Positions 37,248-43,982 of a DNA stretch of 43,982 bases are shown here, one piece after another. The stretch comes from a virus (Duplodnaviria > Caudoviricetes): the IMG/VR virus record IMGVR_UViG_3300032233_000914, positions 1 to 43,982 of that record, one strand, 5' to 3'. A program made the translations under genes and the position numbers. The first letter of the stretch is position 1, and the number at the start of each line of letters is the position of its first letter. The notes below the pieces were generated by a model that was not told where the DNA came from, searched no databases, and worked only from the letters and a program-made list of their open reading frames with translations.

Positions 37248-37253
37248 AGGGGT

Positions 37254-37457
37254 ATGTCATCTTCCTCTTCTTCTGCCATCATTTTTGAAGATATTTGTTT
37301 GGTTGCGTATCTTGAAGGGAGATGGGCTTCGCCCTTTACATTTAAAAGAAGTAAACGGGAACATGACGCTGACTCCGCTGAGGTTCATGCTAAGTTGATG
37401 GATTGTGTTCTTGGTGTGATATATTGTCCGTGGTGTGGGGATCGATTTGAAAGTTAG
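37254..37457 (+). CDS. Small protein with a C-terminal CPWCG motif
   Basis: In frame with track ORF 37176..37457; ATG placed at the putative transcription start. Confidence 0.5.
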   Translation: MSSSSSSAIIFEDICLVAYLEGRWASPFTFKRSKREHDADSAEVHAKLMDCVLGVIYCPWCGDRFES

Positions 37458-37463
37458 GTAGCT

Positions 37464-39993
<2,530 letters not shown>

Positions 39994-39994
<1 letters not shown>

Positions 39995-40803
39995 TGGCTG
40001 GTGCAGTTTCTGGTTTAATTGGGAGCAGTAGAAGTAGTTTGTATACTACTGGTGGTACTTCATATAACCCTGGTGGCAACTATGATGGAGTGTACTTTAC
40101 TTCAAGTGGAACATTTACCATTATTAATGGTGCTAGAGACATTGAAGTTCTTGTAGTTGCTGGCGGAGGAGGAGGCGGAGGAGGTGCCCATAATCTTACT
40201 TATGCGTACCACTCTGCTGGCGGTGGTGGAGCCGCAGCACTGGCAAACAATACAACCATTGTAAATGCCCCACTTGGTAACTATACCATAACTGTTGGTG
40301 GTGGTGGAGCAGGTGGTAATAGGGCAGTTAGTGGTGGTTTTGGTTCATATATATTAGGTAATACTGGTGGTACTGGTAATACATCTTCCATACTGACACC
40401 AGCCTCAGTTACTATTTCAAGAACTGGACCTACTGGTGGTGCTGGTGGCCTTGTTTACTTTAATTATCAATTCTTTGGTGGTTCTGGAAGTGGTAACTCT
40501 ACATATTCAGGAACTGCTGGAAACAATGGATCACAATATAACGGAGGTGGAGGTGGCGCAGGTTCTGCCTCTAACGCATCAGCAATAGTAAATTACTATG
40601 CAGGCGCACTTGGCGGAAATACAACAACACTCATAGGTATAGAGTTTGGAAAAGGTGGAGATGGCGGTAACTGGAACAGCAGGAACGGTACTTCAGGTTT
40701 TTACGGTTCAGGTGGCGCAGGCGGTTCAGGGGCAAACGACGCAAGTTTTGGCCCTGGCTATGTAGGTACAGGCGGAATAGTTGCCTTGAGGTGGTTGAAA
40801 TGA
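39994..40803 (+). CDS. Glycine-rich fibre-tip / adhesin-like protein
   Basis: 'FTSSGTF', 'VLVVAGGGGG', 'YTITVGGGG', 'GGIVALRW'. Confidence 0.75.
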
Positions 40804-41132
40804 GTCACTTTGCACAAATAGACGAAAACAATATTGTTATCAATGTGCTTGTCGGTAATAACGAAATGCCCAATGAAAGCTACGACTGGTTTGTTGAAAA
40901 TCTTGGTGGAAGATGGATTCAAACATCCGTCAACACTCACGGGGGTATTCATAAGAATGGTAAAGAACCAGTACGATACAACTATGCTGGTATTGGCTAC
41001 ACTTATGACGAAGTTCGTGATGCTTTCATTCCACCCAAACCTGAAGATCACGAATATATTTTGAACGAAACAACATGCCAGTGGGACATTGTTGAACCAT
41101 CTGATACAGTACAATTACCTGACACACCCTAG
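40800..41132 (+). CDS. Conserved fibre-associated small protein (possible chaperone)
   Basis: 'MSHFAQIDENNIV...WIQTS...RYNYAGIGYTYD...DAFIPPKP...W'; ATGA overlap. Confidence 0.75.
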   Translation: MSHFAQIDENNIVINVLVGNNEMPNESYDWFVENLGGRWIQTSVNTHGGIHKNGKEPVRYNYAGIGYTYDEVRDAFIPPKPEDHEYILNETTCQWDIVEPSDTVQLPDTP

Positions 41133-41141
41133 GAGGGGAAA

Positions 41142-41306
41142 ATGAACAACCAAATCGACTTTAACAAAGTCATTGAAAACCTATCAACACAAATCGCAAT
41201 GCAAGCACAGCAGATCGCAATCTTGCAGACCGTTCTACAGCAGTTGGTACCAGCGGAGGAAGCCGCTAATACTGACGTAGTGGAAAATATTGAAACACCT
41301 GAATGA
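41142..41306 (+). CDS. Small coiled-coil protein, 54 aa (absent from the ORF track)
   Basis: MNNQIDFNKVIENLSTQIAMQAQQIAILQTVLQQL...; GGAGG RBS. Confidence 0.7.
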   Translation: MNNQIDFNKVIENLSTQIAMQAQQIAILQTVLQQLVPAEEAANTDVVENIETPE

Positions 41307-43047
41307 ACCAACTATCAAAAAAGCTTTAGCCGCTAACGCACACCACTCGCGTGCAGTACAGCGACAGCAACAATTCTTGCAACTAACGCAAGCACAAGTT
41401 CCGCTACAAGAAGCTTTAAAAATAGTTGGTGTCGGATACGAAGCATACCGCCAGTGGCGCAAACGAGATAAGAAGTTTGCTGCCGAAGTAGACCGTATTC
41501 GTGCAAACGAGGCACAAGAAGAAGGTGAGTACAACGGTACTCACGCTTCTTTTGCTAAAGAATACTTTGATATGGAATATGCGTGGTTCCAACTTATATT
41601 CCTACAAGAACTAGAAAATCTACCGCCAGGTAACATTCTGATGGCACTCTGGCCACCGGAACATGGTAAAACGACCACATATGAGAACTATGTGTCCGAA
41701 ATGGTTGCTTTACATCCCAACCGTAGGCAAACAGTAGCTTCAGAAAACCAGCAGATAGCCCGAAAGATCATCGGTCGTATCAAGAATCGTATGGAACCAG
41801 GCGGTCCGTTCCCTAAATATGTGGAACGATGGGGTCCTTTCCGTCCACCAGTAGGTTTAGGGCAAGGCAAAGTGGCTCAACCGTGGGGTGCAGACCACTT
41901 CAACGTCTACAAGAAGTCACATCATGACGAGCGTGACTATACGATGATGGCATTGGGTGTTGGATCATCGATTGTTTCAACCCGTACCGACCATCTTCAT
42001 GTTGACGACATTCAATCCGTTAAAACCTATACCCAAACCAACAAAATTGAGGACTGGTTCCGACAGGATGCTCTCACACGCCCAGGCGAACACGGTATTA
42101 CAACCATCGCTGGTACTCGTGTGGGTGAAGATGACATTTACAGTCGTCTAGCCGACGACACAGACCTACAAGGCATTCTCAAGGTCATCAAGTTTAAGGC
42201 AATCATCACCGATTTTGAGACTGGTGAACAGAAACCGTTATGGCCTGAACGTTACACACTAGACATGTTAGATCGTCAGCGACGCAAAGTAGGTCAAGAA
42301 GCTTGGGATCGCAACTATATGCAATCTCCAGGGTCATCAAACAGCAACCGAACCTTCACAGATGAGATGGTTGACGAATGTTTAAATCCTCTGATCTCGT
42401 TAAAGCATGAAATACCTACCGACAATATTGTTTATGTAGGTTTAGACCCCGCACTTGGGTCACAAAACTGTGTAATCGCCTGCGAAGTATCCCCTGAAGG
42501 CAAACTTATTGTTCGTCGCATCCGTGAAGATGTAGGATTCCGACGCAACGAACAGATTATGCAAGCTTTAGATAGCGTCATCCAGTCCTGCAACCTAACA
42601 GGACGAGTAACAGACGTAGTAATCGAAACTAAAAACTTCCAAGCTGGCCTAGCAAGAGATGAAAGATTGCTAGAAATGCAACAACACTACGGGTTCGCAA
42701 TGCGCGAACATATTACTGGCTGGAACAAATATGATGAGTCAGTAGGTGTAGCATCTATGTGCGAGTCATTCATGCGACAAGAAATTGTGTTACCATGGGC
42801 GGGAGATGACTATACTAGAACCGAAATTGGGGAACTATGTAGGCAACTAAAGGCATGGAGGCCAGGTGCTAGAGGTAGTAAACTTAGGCAAGACAGAGTA
42901 ATGGCACTATGGTTTGTATGGATTCTTTGGCGACAAAGATGGAAACAACCCATAGAAACTAATACGAATGAAACGTGGAGAGTCAAAGGAATACCCTGGT
43001 CAGGTACCAAAACAGGGTTAGTAATTCCACTAGGAGCAAAAGTTTGA
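41290..43047 (+). CDS. terL: Terminase large subunit with an N-terminal HTH
   Basis: Walker A PPEHGKTT, Walker B LHVDD, 'GTR' coupling motif, 'LWPER', nuclease VGLDP and 'QDRVMALWF'. Confidence 0.92.
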   Translation: MKHLNEPTIKKALAANAHHSRAVQRQQQFLQLTQAQVPLQEALKIVGVGYEAYRQWRKRDKKFAAEVDRIRANEAQEEGEYNGTHASFAKEYFDMEYAWFQLIFLQELENLPPGNILMALWPPEHGKTTTYENYVSEMVALHPNRRQTVASENQQIARKIIGRIKNRMEPGGPFPKYVERWGPFRPPVGLGQGKVAQPWGADHFNVYKKSHHDERDYTMMALGVGSSIVSTRTDHLHVDDIQSVKTYTQTNKIEDWFRQDALTRPGEHGITTIAGTRVGEDDIYSRLADDTDLQGILKVIKFKAIITDFETGEQKPLWPERYTLDMLDRQRRKVGQEAWDRNYMQSPGSSNSNRTFTDEMVDECLNPLISLKHEIPTDNIVYVGLDPALGSQNCVIACEVSPEGKLIVRRIREDVGFRRNEQIMQALDSVIQSCNLTGRVTDVVIETKNFQAGLARDERLLEMQQHYGFAMREHITGWNKYDESVGVASMCESFMRQEIVLPWAGDDYTRTEIGELCRQLKAWRPGARGSKLRQDRVMALWFVWILWRQRWKQPIETNTNETWRVKGIPWSGTKTGLVIPLGAKV

Positions 43048-43982
43048 GAACATTCGATGAAATAACACGCATAGTAAAGGACTTGCAAACAATGCAAGGT
43101 CCTGTACTTAACCGTATGAAGGATATTCTTGATCGTTATGACGGCGACTGGATTCTTCCTATGCCTGACATTGACAAAGAACCGAATCTTCCACCTCTGA
43201 CACCAGCACTTATTGCTGAAGCCGTAGACAATATGGCTATGCGAGCCGCTTCGGTACGCCCAAATAACATCTTTCCTGCTATTGACCCTATGAAAGATAA
43301 CGGTCGTAGGTCCCGTGAATATGCTGACAAACGACGAAAGATCGTAGCAGCAACCTACTCAAACTCTAAATGGAACCTTGGTCGTCGTCGCTACTACCGC
43401 CAACTAGCCGCCTATCACACTTGCAGTCTCGTCGTTATTCCAGACTTTAATGCTGGTATTCCTCGTATTGAAATCCGTGACCCACTCGGTACCTATATTG
43501 AGCCGACAGCCAACGAAGAACTACGCCAACCCGAATATGTAGCTTTTGTAACCCGCCATTCAGCCGAATTCCTACGTCGTGTCTACCCACAATCACGCCA
43601 AGAACTAGGTGGACCAATCCACAAAGACGACTACCGTGACCTTTGGGAATGCGTTGAATGGTACGACCTAGACCAAACCGTATTTGGTATCGTCGGACCA
43701 GTATTTGATGACCGTCGCATGTCAAGCGAACGCCCATGGATTACCCCATGGCAACAGTTATCACCAAGTTATCCAAACCGCATCGGCATGATGCCAGCCG
43801 TAGTGCCCCACAACGTGAGCCTCGGACGCATCGCAAGCCGTATCGGTTCAATGCTTGGCAACGTAGATCTACAAGCAAGACTGATGGCATTAGACATTCT
43901 TGCCCAAGAAAAAGCTATTTGGCCTGACATGTACGCCATTGGGCGTTCAGGTGGAATGCCCCGTATTATTGGTGGACAATGG
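43044..43982 (+). CDS. Portal protein, N-terminal part (continues at 1-1026)
   Basis: TTG start overlapping the terL stop, GGAG RBS; MRTFDEITRIVKDLQ... is open to the end of the window and in frame with 1..1026. Confidence 0.8.
   Translation, partial: MRTFDEITRIVKDLQTMQGPVLNRMKDILDRYDGDWILPMPDIDKEPNLPPLTPALIAEAVDNMAMRAASVRPNNIFPAIDPMKDNGRRSREYADKRRKIVAATYSNSKWNLGRRRYYRQLAAYHTCSLVVIPDFNAGIPRIEIRDPLGTYIEPTANEELRQPEYVAFVTRHSAEFLRRVYPQSRQELGGPIHKDDYRDLWECVEWYDLDQTVFGIVGPVFDDRRMSSERPWITPWQQLSPSYPNRIGMMPAVVPHNVSLGRIASRIGSMLGNVDLQARLMALDILAQEKAIWPDMYAIGRSGGMPRIIGGQW
43860..43982. repeat. Terminal direct repeat, copy 2
   Basis: Identical to 1-123. Confidence 0.95.

Larger units (their letters stand above)
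34862..37253 (+). other. Large non-coding, hairpin-dense island (candidate ssDNA origin/promoter platform or large structured RNA)
   Basis: More than 25 stems read by eye, nested into multibranch domains, with G-T wobbles on the + strand, higher GC than the genes, and no credible ORF. Confidence 0.8.

Noticed and set aside
43860-43982. 123-bp terminal repeat as a biological direct terminal repeat
   Set aside because: It lies mid-portal gene and has the size of an assembler overlap; it indicates circularity only.

Overview
This looks like a complete tailed dsDNA phage genome of about 43.86 kb, assembled as a circle (1-123 is identical to 43860-43982, and the portal ORF runs across the join). 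It has a podovirus-like virion module and a probable actinobacterial host, judged from whiB, an actinobacterial-type SSB and an M15 endolysin. The rightward arm (37254 -> end -> 22520) carries fibres, terminase, portal, large internal/ejection proteins, six small basic proteins, scaffold, major capsid, tail tubular proteins, tail fibre, lysis genes and a metallophosphoesterase. The leftward arm (34861 -> 22504) carries small early genes, SSB, a PD-(D/E)xK exonuclease, ParB, a DUF1281-like protein, a gp3/RDF-like recombination protein, WhiB, a RusA-like resolvase and a lipoprotein transglycosylase. I recognise no polymerase, primase, helicase, initiator or integrase. The most striking feature is a ~2.4 kb non-coding island between the two arms (34862-37253), built almost entirely of nested hairpins. 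These fold preferentially on the + strand (G-T wobbles) and carry motifs typical of DNA rather than RNA structure: eight GA-stem-G(N)nA-stem-GA mini-hairpins, CTTG loops, recurring YGCCCTT loops and CTTGACCTT repeats. A miniature version lies in front of the second early operon. This suggests a single-stranded-DNA-folding priming or promoter platform in a dsDNA phage. All protein calls come from motif recognition by eye; no database search was run.
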